Shown here: positions 16,356-26,144 of the stretch, one piece after another
How positions within the stretch are numbered: the stretch's first letter is position 1
Layout of the letters: each line of letters starts with the position of its first letter
DNA from: Candidatus Nanobsidianus stetteri
Lineage (GTDB): Archaea > Nanobdellota > Nanobdellia > Nanobdellales > Nanobdellaceae
Direction: 5' to 3'
Assembly: GCF_003086415.1 (NCBI RefSeq)
Contig: NZ_QEFP02000016.1
Location: 160 to 32,159 of the forward strand
Length of the DNA stretch: 32,000 nucleotides
Notes under the pieces: model-generated
What the model was told of the DNA's origin: nothing
Database searches by the model: none
What the model saw: the letters and a program-made list of their open reading frames with translations, nothing else
Position numbers and translations under genes: made by a program

Positions 16356-18113
16356 TTATTCAAAATATATTCCTTTTTGTTTTTGTATAAGATCTAATCT
16401 ACTATTTTGTTTATTAATTCTTGGTCTTTTTGTTTCTTCATCAGTTCTCATTGTTATATTTAATTGTTTTAAAAATATATTTAATCCTTCCTTATTTTCA
16501 TATATACCTAAAGCTTTTCCATATTTACCAGGTTCTCCTATAAATACTAAAATCCTATCAGAAATCCAGTTCAAAAATATTAAATCATGATCTACAACTA
16601 GACAAGCTTTTCCCCTAATTTTTATTATATCTCTTATAAATTTTGATAAAACCAATCTTTGTTCTATATCTAAATTTGCAAATGGTTCATCTATTAAATA
16701 TAAATCTGCATCTTTTATCAATGTACCAAATGTATATACTGCCTGTAATTCTCCTCCAGATAGTGTATTAACCTCTCTATCTAATAAATCAGAAATATTT
16801 AACATTGATAAATATTCTTTATAATCTTCCTTATATTTTTCATTAAAACTTTTCAAAAATTGATCTACAGTTATATTATAATTGGAAAAATCGTAAAATT
16901 GTGGTTTATATGATATTGTTATATTCTTTGATATATTTCCCTCATATTTTATTTCTCCAGCTAAGGCTTTTACAAAAGTACTTTTTCCAACCCCATTTCT
17001 TCCCAATACCCCTATTATTTCATTTTCCCTTATATATCCAGGATTTACTTCAAGTTTAAAGTTATCTAAATTTACTATGACATTTTCCCATTCAACAATC
17101 TTTTTTCCAAATTTTACATCAGTATAACTTTTTACATCCAACCTTATCGGTTTGTCCCTTATCTTTAAATTTTCTCTCTTTATAAATCCATTCAAATAAT
17201 CATTTATACCTTCTTTTGCTCCAACAGGATATGAAAAAGCACCATATGCCTTTTGTATACCATAAACAACATGTATTATATCAGAAATTGAATCTAAAAA
17301 TAATAAATCATGATCTATTATTAATATCGTATCTTTTTCCTTTATTTCATTTAAATTATTTAATATTCTCAATCTTTCATATATATCTAAATAATTTGTA
17401 ACTTCATCAATTAACAATAAATTATGTTCCTTATATACTGAAAATATATATAATACTTTCTGAAATTCTCCTCCAGATAGATCTCCAATTTTTCTATCCA
17501 ATATATTTTCTATTTCAAATTTCTTTGATATTTCATCTAAATTATTTATAACTTTTGATAATAATTCTCTAACTGTTTTATCCTTTAACATATTTTTTAT
17601 TTGAGTAATATTTTGAGGTTTATATGAAATTATTACTTTATTACTGTATAATTTTTCAAAATATGATTGAAGTTCTGTACCTCTAAATTCTTTTATAATT
17701 TCTTTATCATCATATTTTTTACTAAAATCACCAAAATTTGGCTTTAATAAACCAGCTATTATATTTATTGCTGTACTTTTTCCCATTCCATTTCTTCCAA
17801 TTATTCCAATAACTTTTCCTTCCTTAATTATTGGTAATCTATACAATCTAAATGTATTTGGACCATATTGAAATACGGGTCTTTCATCAGGTTCTTTTGT
17901 TAAATTTATAATAATTATTGCATTAAATGGACATTTTTTTACACATATTCCACATCCAATACATAAAGACTCATCGATAGATGGTTTTTTATCTTGTAAA
18001 ATATTAAATATTTTTAAATTATTTTTTTGAACAGGACATACTTTCATACACATATAATCACATTTTTCAGGAGCCTTACATCTATCCCTATCAATTACAG
18101 CGATTCTTTTCAT
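16356..18113 (-). CDS. abce1: ABCE1 (RNase L inhibitor / ribosome recycling ATPase)
   Basis: The N-terminal 4Fe-4S domain has CDYMCMKVCP and CIGCGICVKKCPF. Two ABC cassettes follow (GRNGMGKST / LSGGEFQ; GRNGVGKST / LSGGELQ). Confidence 0.92.
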   Translation of the reverse strand: MKRIAVIDRDRCKAPEKCDYMCMKVCPVQKNNLKIFNILQDKKPSIDESLCIGCGICVKKCPFNAIIIINLTKEPDERPVFQYGPNTFRLYRLPIIKEGKVIGIIGRNGMGKSTAINIIAGLLKPNFGDFSKKYDDKEIIKEFRGTELQSYFEKLYSNKVIISYKPQNITQIKNMLKDKTVRELLSKVINNLDEISKKFEIENILDRKIGDLSGGEFQKVLYIFSVYKEHNLLLIDEVTNYLDIYERLRILNNLNEIKEKDTILIIDHDLLFLDSISDIIHVVYGIQKAYGAFSYPVGAKEGINDYLNGFIKRENLKIRDKPIRLDVKSYTDVKFGKKIVEWENVIVNLDNFKLEVNPGYIRENEIIGVLGRNGVGKSTFVKALAGEIKYEGNISKNITISYKPQFYDFSNYNITVDQFLKSFNEKYKEDYKEYLSMLNISDLLDREVNTLSGGELQAVYTFGTLIKDADLYLIDEPFANLDIEQRLVLSKFIRDIIKIRGKACLVVDHDLIFLNWISDRILVFIGEPGKYGKALGIYENKEGLNIFLKQLNITMRTDEETKRPRINKQNSRLDLIQKQKGIYFE

Positions 18114-19912
18114 ACTAATTTAAATTCTATTTTACTTTTATTATTTATGGCTTCTAATATTTCTTTTCCTATCTCAGAATTTAGATCCAAAACAATTTTT
18201 CCCTTTTTATTTATCTTAAATTTTCCAATTAATTCCCCATTTATATATAGTTCTACTTCTCTTTTTCTAAATAAATTATTAAACATTATTGTAAGATAAT
18301 CTTTGGATATTTCATAATCAAAATTTATAATTTCATTTAATTTTTCAGCATTTTTTATTTCAATTCTTAAATTATATTTATCCCTTATACTCATTAAATA
18401 TCTTTTTTCATTCCTAATAAATTTTCTTTTAAGTTCTTTTGGAATATAAAATATTATCCTATCATCCAAAACTTCTAAATAAATATTATTATATTTTCTT
18501 TTATATTCTATATTTAATAGATCTTCTAAAAATCTTTGAATTCCAGATTTTAGTCTATATTTTTTAATTGGAACAACCATTATCTCTTCTCCAAAAGTAT
18601 ATATTTCATATTCTAAATCGTTTGTTAGAAAATCTCTTACTTCAACAACAGGTCTTGCCAAATCTTCTTCCTTTAAACCATGTGGAATTTTAACAGTTAG
18701 ATTTAAATAATATACCTTTTCTATTTGTCCTTTATTTATATATATTATTGTATCAATTATTTGAGGAATCAAACCAAGTTCAGTCCTTGATAATAACCTA
18801 TGAACAATATCTATTGGCCTTTCAGCATGCGCGACACCAATCATTCCAATCCCTGCTAGTCTTAAATCTATATATAATTTAAAGTCTCTAGTATCTCTCA
18901 TTTCATCAAATATTACATAATCTGGTCTTGATAATAATAATATATTATGTATTTCCTCATCCGTAGAATAATTTTTTGAATATTGAACAATATCTGGAGA
19001 TAATATTAAATCTCTTGGAGATTCCACAGTTTTAACAATCTTTTTCATACTTAAATAATATTCTGCTAAAGCTTGAGCAAATGTTGTTTTTCCAGAACCA
19101 GGTTTTCCAACAATTATAATTCCCTCGGATTTTTCTTTTAATCTTTCAAGTATTCTTTCATTCAAATTATAATCTTCTATCCTTAATATTTTTGATGGTT
19201 TAACAATTGTTATTTCATATGCGTCAGATAATGGTGGTTTCACAATTACAATTCTAAAAATTCCTAACTGAATAATTAAACTATTTTTTCTTTCTTCTTC
19301 TATAAATGAATCCCTTCTATTTCTAGCAATATATATTATTTTATCAATTAAATCTTCCATATCTTTATTTCCATATACTTTATCTACTTCTTCCAAATAC
19401 CATTCTCCAGGTTTTCCCCTTTTTCTTTTTACTTTTGTATTTTCAATAATATGAACAGATATTGTATCATCAGTAAATAGATCTAAAAAAGGTGGATTTT
19501 CCGTTGAAACATCCTCCTTTTCAATTAATAAACAATCAACATTATATACTTTAGCAGTTTCATATAATATCTTATCAGATGTTAATAATGTAGATCCTGT
19601 ATCTCTTGCAATTTTAATAATTAAGTAATCTATATATCCATGCTTTGCCAATTTTATTTGTTCTAATGTTGGCTTTTCACCTAATATTGTTACTTTATAA
19701 TTATATTTTTCTGACAATTCTCTAATTTTTTGCAATTCCTTTAAACCAATCAATCCTTTTTCAAGACCTTTGTTTGCCTGTGCTTGTAATTCATCAATTA
19801 CTGGTACAGGTATTATTACTTCATTAAAAGAAATACTATTATTTAATAAAGATTTTGATATATATTCATCAATCACTACTGATGTATCTAATGTTATTTT
19901 ATTTAATTTCAT
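18110..19912 (-). CDS. PIN-domain / PilT-like ATPase / KH-domain protein (COG1855 type)
   Basis: The N-terminal PIN motif is ITLDTSVVID, Walker A is GKPGSGKTTF and Walker B is VIFDEMRD, with a long C-terminal region. The start overlaps the rpo11 stop and the stop overlaps the ABCE1 start. Confidence 0.8.
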   Translation of the reverse strand: MKLNKITLDTSVVIDEYISKSLLNNSISFNEVIIPVPVIDELQAQANKGLEKGLIGLKELQKIRELSEKYNYKVTILGEKPTLEQIKLAKHGYIDYLIIKIARDTGSTLLTSDKILYETAKVYNVDCLLIEKEDVSTENPPFLDLFTDDTISVHIIENTKVKRKRGKPGEWYLEEVDKVYGNKDMEDLIDKIIYIARNRRDSFIEEERKNSLIIQLGIFRIVIVKPPLSDAYEITIVKPSKILRIEDYNLNERILERLKEKSEGIIIVGKPGSGKTTFAQALAEYYLSMKKIVKTVESPRDLILSPDIVQYSKNYSTDEEIHNILLLSRPDYVIFDEMRDTRDFKLYIDLRLAGIGMIGVAHAERPIDIVHRLLSRTELGLIPQIIDTIIYINKGQIEKVYYLNLTVKIPHGLKEEDLARPVVEVRDFLTNDLEYEIYTFGEEIMVVPIKKYRLKSGIQRFLEDLLNIEYKRKYNNIYLEVLDDRIIFYIPKELKRKFIRNEKRYLMSIRDKYNLRIEIKNAEKLNEIINFDYEISKDYLTIMFNNLFRKREVELYINGELIGKFKINKKGKIVLDLNSEIGKEILEAINNKSKIEFKLV

Positions 19913-20180
19913 TAATTATTTTATTATATTCTTTCTCAAAACTATTTAACCTATCTAGAGCCCTCTTTATTGCATCTATTAATACTTCCCTTGGTTTTCT
20001 CTTTCCATCAGTCTTTATATATAAATAAATATCTTTTATTAATGGGTGATTTTCCTTCCAGGCAGCAATTATTACATTTGGATCTTTATCTAACTCTTCC
20101 TTTAATAACATAGATATTGTTGCCTTATCATTTTCAAATATTATTTCCATTTCTGTTTCACTTTCCTTATTTATTTTCAT
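19899..20180 (-). CDS. rpoL: RNA polymerase subunit Rpo11 (RpoL)
   Basis: The 93-aa product has IFENDKATISMLLKEELDKDPNVIIAAWKENHPL...IKTDG..KPREVLIDAIKRAL, which matches the RpoL/Rpb11 dimerisation-fold pattern (l..eL...p.V.fA.Y...HPl). Confidence 0.75.
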   Translation of the reverse strand: MKINKESETEMEIIFENDKATISMLLKEELDKDPNVIIAAWKENHPLIKDIYLYIKTDGKRKPREVLIDAIKRALDRLNSFEKEYNKIINEIK

Positions 20181-20203
20181 TTCTATTATATTATATAAAT
20201 ATT

Positions 20204-21856
20204 TTATATAACTTTATCTCTTAACTTTCTTATTTCAAAATTAAATAAATTAACACCCAAAACCTCTCCATTTTTTATATTTCTCAAAAATAAAATACCT
20301 GGTTCTGGTTTATGACCTAATTCTCTTTGATATGGAGTTATATCTTGAAAAGTAGATGAATTAATTAGATCTATTCCTCTATATTCATCATAAGATGCTC
20401 TGTGTATGTGACCTGTATGAAAAAAATCTGGTACAATTTCTATTACAGATGGATCATCATTTATATATGGAACATATGGATTTGATCCATGAGATGGGAA
20501 TATTAATCTTAACATTAACATAAACTTCATTAATTCTCCAGGTTTTTCATATCCTCCCTTTTCTCTTAAAAAAGAAATATTTGATACTAACCAATCTAAA
20601 ACATATCCATGATATAATAACCCAATAATTGAATTATGTATTTTTACATATGATGGATTTGACAAATAATAAATATTCTTCATTGAATAAGATTCCCTTA
20701 ACAATGATCTTGGTAATTCTGGTTGTGGTTCTGCTAACCTTGGAATATCGTGATTTCCTGGTACAATAATTGTCTTTATACTTTCAGGTATTTTTAATAT
20801 ATAATCTTCAAAACTTTTATATTGGTCTTCATATGTTTTTAAAACCAATTCCTCTTTTTGTTCTGGATAAACACCAACTCCATCTACTACATCTCCTATA
20901 ATTATAATATAACCAATCTTTCTTGCAATTTCATCTATTTTTTCATTTCCTGTTTTTCCATTTACAAATTTTAAAAACCTGTCAAATAGTTCATAAAATG
21001 TATACTTATTCCCTACCTGCCAATCACCGGTGAATAATATATATACATCATCTTCTCCAAATGTTTTTGGTTTTCTTACAGGAACATTTGGTAATATTAT
21101 ATTATTTGCAAAAAACATTTTATTTTTATATGTACCAACTAAACCAATAACAGAATCTAATGGTATATCTTTAACTATTTTAAAATCTATATTTTCATTA
21201 TCTTTACTCACAAAAGCTTTTATAATATTATTTCCATCTTCTATAATAAAAGTTATTCCCTTTTCGGTTATTTTTTTATCATATACCAATCCAACAATTG
21301 CAACCTCCTCATTTTCAGGTATCTTATCTAAAGGATATATATTCCTCATTTCAGAATGTTCCCTTAATATTTTCTTTATCTTATTTAATCTTTGTTTATA
21401 ATATGATATCCAGGATATTATATCAGGCTTATTTTTTTGTATTTCAAACCTTTTCAGAATATTTATTTCTTTTGTTTCCTTCATTTCCTTTACCGATAAT
21501 TCAATTTCTTCTCCAATATGTTTTTTTGTACTTTCTATAAGAACAACATTATTACTTTCTTTTTCTATATTTTGTTTATTTTCCTTTATATTAAAGAAAT
21601 CTTTTATATTTATTTTATTTTGTTTTTTATTTACATTATTTTCTTTCTTTTCAACATTTTCTTTATTATTATTAATATTTTTTCCAATTATTCTATTAAT
21701 AAATTCTTCATCTATTATTTTTATATTATTTTTTATTGCTTCTTTAAATATAATATCTAAATCTTCCTCTTTTAAAGAATCTAAAAGATCAGCTACTTTT
21801 TTTAAAGGTATTATACCATTTTCCAATAATAAATTTATGAAATCCTCTTTTTTCAT
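20204..21856 (-). CDS. DNA polymerase D (Pol II) small subunit DP1
   Basis: The C-terminal calcineurin/Mre11-type phosphoesterase blocks are ILFTGDWQVG, IIIGDVVDG, VPGNHD and HTGHIHR. These follow an OB-like region and a low-complexity N/K/E-rich linker, giving the typical DP1 architecture. Confidence 0.88.
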   Translation of the reverse strand: MKKEDFINLLLENGIIPLKKVADLLDSLKEEDLDIIFKEAIKNNIKIIDEEFINRIIGKNINNNKENVEKKENNVNKKQNKINIKDFFNIKENKQNIEKESNNVVLIESTKKHIGEEIELSVKEMKETKEINILKRFEIQKNKPDIISWISYYKQRLNKIKKILREHSEMRNIYPLDKIPENEEVAIVGLVYDKKITEKGITFIIEDGNNIIKAFVSKDNENIDFKIVKDIPLDSVIGLVGTYKNKMFFANNIILPNVPVRKPKTFGEDDVYILFTGDWQVGNKYTFYELFDRFLKFVNGKTGNEKIDEIARKIGYIIIIGDVVDGVGVYPEQKEELVLKTYEDQYKSFEDYILKIPESIKTIIVPGNHDIPRLAEPQPELPRSLLRESYSMKNIYYLSNPSYVKIHNSIIGLLYHGYVLDWLVSNISFLREKGGYEKPGELMKFMLMLRLIFPSHGSNPYVPYINDDPSVIEIVPDFFHTGHIHRASYDEYRGIDLINSSTFQDITPYQRELGHKPEPGILFLRNIKNGEVLGVNLFNFEIRKLRDKVI

Positions 21857-23085
21857 ATATCTTTTTTTATTTTTTCATATATTTTTTTAAGGTTATCAAC
21901 ATCGGATATTATCTTTAATACTTTGTTTACACCCCTTTTTCCATTAGATATTATTTTTGATTCAATTAATTCTCCAAATATACTCTCTATTTTCTTTAAA
22001 TTTTTATATACTACCGTTTTATCTAGAATAGATATTCCAAAGTTATTGGATAAATTTACGTATTCTTCATAAAGATTGTTAAATGTTACAAAATCTTCGC
22101 TTTTTATTTGTTCTTTTATTAAAGCCAATAATATTAATTTTTGTGTTTTATTTAGAGTACTTATTATAGATTCTAATATATTTAAATCAACGCTAGAAAA
22201 GGCCTCATCTATATCTTCTCTATCTATTTTTTCCTTATTTTTATTATATGCAATTGTTGCTGATAATCTTAATACATTTATTGCGATTCTTGCATCTCCA
22301 GAAAATTCTTTAGAAACTTTTGCAGATATATAATTTATATCTTCTTCAGATATTGAACCTGGCTTTAGAGCTTTTATAGCTCTATCTTTTAGAATTTCTC
22401 TAAGTTCATAATAATTATATGGAGAAAACTTTACCTGAATTATTGATGAAAATGATGATTTTACTCTTTGATCTAATTGAGATATAAAGGAAGGAGAATT
22501 AGAAATGAGTATTAATCTTATTCTATTTAAAAAGTTTATATCATAATTTCTTAATAGTAAATATAATATTTCTGTATTTTCAGATTTTCTAAATATGGTA
22601 TCTACCTCATCTAATATTATTATTAGCTTATAATCATTATTAATTATAAATTTATATATATTTTCGTATATATCATTCTTTCTAAATCCACTTTTTATAT
22701 TTATATTTGCTAATTCTTCGTATATTCTCTTAAATATATAATAATCTACATCATCTGATAATATTTGTTTACAATTTATATATGCAACCTTCACTTTTAA
22801 TTTATTTTTTGCTGAATAAAATGATATACCTTTATTTAAATATCTAGCTATTAATGTTTTTCCAGTACCTGTAGTTCCATATAAAAATAAGTTACTTCCA
22901 GTGTTTCTATTTAAAAATAAGTTTATATTTGATAATATAATTTCTTTTTCTTTATCTCTAAATTTTATTTCGTATGGAATAAAATCTTCTTCAAAATATC
23001 TTCCATCTACAATAAGGTTTTTATTTTTGTTTGATATTTTTTCAAAATCTGCCAAAAAATAATCTATTATTGAATTTGTCATCAT
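21853..23085 (-). CDS. cdc6: Orc1/Cdc6 replication initiator
   Basis: Walker A is LYGTTGTGKTL and Walker B is IIILDEVD, followed by the sensor/ISM region and a C-terminal winged-helix-sized domain. The 4-nt overlap with the DP1 start is the cdc6-DP1 linkage known from Pyrococcus-type origins. Confidence 0.9.
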   Translation of the reverse strand: MMTNSIIDYFLADFEKISNKNKNLIVDGRYFEEDFIPYEIKFRDKEKEIILSNINLFLNRNTGSNLFLYGTTGTGKTLIARYLNKGISFYSAKNKLKVKVAYINCKQILSDDVDYYIFKRIYEELANINIKSGFRKNDIYENIYKFIINNDYKLIIILDEVDTIFRKSENTEILYLLLRNYDINFLNRIRLILISNSPSFISQLDQRVKSSFSSIIQVKFSPYNYYELREILKDRAIKALKPGSISEEDINYISAKVSKEFSGDARIAINVLRLSATIAYNKNKEKIDREDIDEAFSSVDLNILESIISTLNKTQKLILLALIKEQIKSEDFVTFNNLYEEYVNLSNNFGISILDKTVVYKNLKKIESIFGELIESKIISNGKRGVNKVLKIISDVDNLKKIYEKIKKDI

Positions 23086-23409
23086 AATATCTTATTTTAT
23101 AAAAAATTTTATAAAACATTTTTGCAATCGATTTAAAAACATCAAAACATCCTTTTTATCCCTTAAAATAATAAGTTTTCAATTGATTTTTAAAAAATCG
23201 TCCCTAAATTTTTTCCATAATTGATTTTTCCTTCTAAATATATCTATATGTTTCCTGTTTAAAAATATTGCTTATCAAAAGGTTTATAAAAGATATTTAT
23301 AAATTTTTTGGTACACCAATGTCAAAATGTAAGTCTGTTATATTATATTTGCCAACCTTTTATATACTACTAATTAGTAATTAATTGTTTTATTTGCTCT
23401 TATCCAAAA
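23086..23409. other. Candidate replication origin / cdc6 upstream control region
   Basis: This is a 324-bp non-coding gap, where most gaps in this window are under 50 bp. It lies directly upstream of orc1/cdc6. It holds three direct copies of AAT(C/T)GATTT at 23126-23134, 23181-23189 and 23219-23227, the first two inside short palindromes (aatcgatt, tcaattga), plus A/T tracts. Confidence 0.4.
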
Positions 23410-24426
23410 TTATCCTAATATATTTTGAAGACGGTGTTCCCTATAATTTTTTAAAATTTTCTTTAACCTTTCTTCATCAATATCTTTCTCTATTATATTA
23501 GATTTTTCCTCATGAAACTTTTCAACAATAATAAAATTTTTTAGTTCTTTAAATTCATCTACAACATAGAATTTTGGAAAAATATTTTTAGCTTCTATAA
23601 AGTTTTCTTTTTTTACGAAGAATTTCACATCTTTACTTTTATAATATGTAATATATTCCTCTTTAAATTCATCTATAAATATTCTATTATAATAAATTTT
23701 ATTCAAATATAAAAAAGAAATTTTTGGTATAATATTATCATCATTTTTTAATCTTTCAGTTAAAATCTTAGATAAAATATTATAATCATTTAACAATTCA
23801 ATATATTTTTTGTTTAATTCTTCTATTATTTTTTCATTTTCTTCTTTATCTTTTTTATTCTTTACAATAACTTTTATTATTTCAATATCTCCTTTATCTC
23901 TTTTTATTTTCTTTCTTTTCTTCTTTTCTTTTATTTCTTTTTCCTTTTCTCTTAAATTATTTTTTACTGCTACAGCTTCTACTTTTCTATTTTTTAATAT
24001 ATATTTTAATATTTTGATGTATTCATCTTGATTTTCAGAAACTCTCTTAGCCTTTTCAAATATTTCCTTTAACTTTTTTAATGCTTCTATTGCAGATATA
24101 TATGCGTCAAATTCATGATTATTTTCAAATATTTTCTTTAAATTATCATCCTTATAGTATTTATTTTTTATTTCTAAACTAATATCTTCCTTTGGACTAT
24201 ATATACCAATATTTAGTTTTGATGCTATATCTAATATTGTTTTTGGTATTTCTTTTTTATCTGTAGCAATAAGTACAACATACTTTAAATCACTTATATA
24301 TTTAATAATATCTTCATTTTGTATATTTTTTCCACTTAATTTATCAACTATATTTACATTATCATCTATAACAACTAATCCCAAATTTGTACCTGGATCT
24401 ATCCCAACAATTAGGGATTTTAGCAT
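23410..24426 (-). CDS. DUF460 / COG2433-type predicted RNase H-fold (RuvC/YqgF-like) nuclease with a central K/E coiled coil
   Basis: The N-terminus IVGIDPGTNLGLVVID is a RuvC/YqgF-like first-strand Asp motif. It is followed by LIATDK and a highly charged central region (KEKEIKEKKKRKKIKRDKGD). Confidence 0.65.
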   Translation of the reverse strand: MLKSLIVGIDPGTNLGLVVIDDNVNIVDKLSGKNIQNEDIIKYISDLKYVVLIATDKKEIPKTILDIASKLNIGIYSPKEDISLEIKNKYYKDDNLKKIFENNHEFDAYISAIEALKKLKEIFEKAKRVSENQDEYIKILKYILKNRKVEAVAVKNNLREKEKEIKEKKKRKKIKRDKGDIEIIKVIVKNKKDKEENEKIIEELNKKYIELLNDYNILSKILTERLKNDDNIIPKISFLYLNKIYYNRIFIDEFKEEYITYYKSKDVKFFVKKENFIEAKNIFPKFYVVDEFKELKNFIIVEKFHEEKSNIIEKDIDEERLKKILKNYREHRLQNILG

Positions 24427-24498
24427 TATTATAATTATTTTAATTTTTTCCTTAAAAATCTATATTCCTTTTAAATCTTACTAATATATTATTAATAA

Positions 24499-24861
24499 AT
24501 GCCAAATGACTGGTCATATTTAGTAGAATTACAAAAAAATAAACCAGGTACTTTGACAAAGATACTTAAAAATAATGCACCAAAATATGTAAAAGAAGAA
24601 GTTAGAAGATTAATCAAAGAAGGTAAGATTAAAAATATACAAGAATTAGTACAAAAAGCAGTAAGTGAAAATAAGAGTTTAATAAAAGTATTAGAAGAAT
24701 ATGGAATTAAAAATAAGGAAAGAAAATTTGGAAAGGGAAGTATAAGATGTATAATATGTGGTTCTCATGATAGAGTTATTAGAAGATATAAAATACATAT
24801 ATGTGGAAGATGTTTTAGAGAAATGGCAAAAGAATTAGGATTTAAAGTTATGGGAGAATAA
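24499..24861 (+). CDS. rps14: Ribosomal protein uS14 (zinc type) with a roughly 65-aa N-terminal extension
   Basis: The C-terminal 55 aa, KERKFGKGSIRCIICGSHDRVIRRYKIHICGRCFREMAKELGFKVMGE, are canonical archaeal S14 with CxxC...CxxC. No ATG, GTG or TTG lies between the annotated start and the S14 core. Confidence 0.85.
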   Translation: MPNDWSYLVELQKNKPGTLTKILKNNAPKYVKEEVRRLIKEGKIKNIQELVQKAVSENKSLIKVLEEYGIKNKERKFGKGSIRCIICGSHDRVIRRYKIHICGRCFREMAKELGFKVMGE

Positions 24862-25235
24862 TGGTAGATATAATTAATGATTTCTTCTCTCACGCTACAA
24901 ATTGTATAAATGTTGGAAAAAGAGAGGTAGAATTTAATTATTATAATAAATTATTATTGAATATTTTAGAAAAATTAAAAGAATATAAATTTGTTGAAGA
25001 ATATAAAACAGAAGGAAAAAAGATAATTGCTAGATTTTCTGAATACTTTAATTTTGGAAAAGCAATTCATCCAAGATATCCTGTATCATATAAAGAATTA
25101 GAAAAGTATGAAAAAAGATATTTACCTGCAAGTGGTTTTGGAATATTATTAGTATCTACTAATAAAGGAATTAAAACAAATGAAGAATGTAAAAGGGAAA
25201 AAATAGGGGGTGTTTTAGTTGCTGTAGTTTATTAA
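24861..25235 (+). CDS. rps8: Ribosomal protein uS8
   Basis: The 124-aa product shows the S8 pattern: [52 protein letters not shown]. Its ATG overlaps the S14 stop. Confidence 0.88.
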   Translation: MVDIINDFFSHATNCINVGKREVEFNYYNKLLLNILEKLKEYKFVEEYKTEGKKIIARFSEYFNFGKAIHPRYPVSYKELEKYEKRYLPASGFGILLVSTNKGIKTNEECKREKIGGVLVAVVY

Positions 25236-25483
25236 AGCTTTTTAAGATATTCTTCTAATTTTTCTCTTAATTCCTTATTATTTAATATAGACTCTATTTC
25301 AGATAATTTTCCTTCTATAGATAATAATTTTCTATATAATATACCTAAAGCAATCCACATTTGTACTTTCGATGGATTATCAGAATTTTCATATACATCT
25401 TTATATTTTTTTGTCTCTTCTATTAATGATTTTACAAAATCTCTAAATACGGGATCTAAACTATCCTTCCAATCAGAGGCCAT
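25232..25483 (-). CDS. Hypothetical small helical protein (83 aa)
   Basis: The ORF sits directly downstream of uL18, overlapping it by 11 nt, in the position where uS5 would follow in a canonical archaeal operon. No motif recognised. Confidence 0.5.
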   Translation of the reverse strand: MASDWKDSLDPVFRDFVKSLIEETKKYKDVYENSDNPSKVQMWIALGILYRKLLSIEGKLSEIESILNNKELREKLEEYLKKL

Positions 25484-26069
25484 ATTCTTTTAATATTTTA
25501 TTTTTAACCTCTTCAAAATGCTCTACTATTTTTTCAGGTTCTAATCCAACTTTTAAATATCTTGAAAATTGTTTATTATATTTTTCAGGATCTTTTTCTT
25601 TTAACATTAATGCATAATTTTTTATGTGTTCGCCCTTTATTCTATCTTCAGAAGGTAAAATTTCCTCGTTATATGGAATTTTTAATCCAGCATCAATTGC
25701 ACCTTTTAGTGTTGCGTATAATGAATTTCCCTTTGTAGATCTATATCTTCCAATATCTAATATTGCTTCTTCAATTCCTCTTTTCTTTGCTTCTAAACCT
25801 GTTAGTAAACCAACTAAATATGCTGTTGGTAAATTTCCTCTGTGACCTTTCCATCCATATTTCTTTTCTAATATTTTTGAATGTATTGTTAATAATGTTT
25901 TATCTCCTTTTTCATCATATAATGTTATTTGTGCTAATATGTTGTTTAAAAATCTTCTAACGACTAATCTTGGCTTCTTTGATTTTAATAACCTTAATCT
26001 CTTCTTATAGTCTGTAATATTTTCTCTTCTTCTTCTAAATTTTACTATGTAAGTAGGACCTGTAGCCAT
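25473..26069 (-). CDS. rpl18: Ribosomal protein uL18 (L5e/L18P)
   Basis: The sequence reads [37 protein letters not shown]...ILAQI... and [29 protein letters not shown], typical of archaeal L18. Confidence 0.88.
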   Translation of the reverse strand: MATGPTYIVKFRRRRENITDYKKRLRLLKSKKPRLVVRRFLNNILAQITLYDEKGDKTLLTIHSKILEKKYGWKGHRGNLPTAYLVGLLTGLEAKKRGIEEAILDIGRYRSTKGNSLYATLKGAIDAGLKIPYNEEILPSEDRIKGEHIKNYALMLKEKDPEKYNKQFSRYLKVGLEPEKIVEHFEEVKNKILKEYGL

Positions 26070-26144
26070 TAAAGATATTTTTATAAGTAATTTTTTAAAT
26101 TTAATTTAATTTAAATTTTAAATTCTTTTTATATTTGAGATAAA

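Noticed and set aside
23810-24031. Periodic-looking K/E-coding repeats (aaagaaaag...) inside the DUF460 gene and the DP1 linker (about 21520-21760), checked as a possible CRISPR array or tandem repeat
   Set aside because: This is low-complexity coding sequence for charged linkers. There is no repeat-spacer structure with conserved units, and no CRISPR array exists anywhere in the window.
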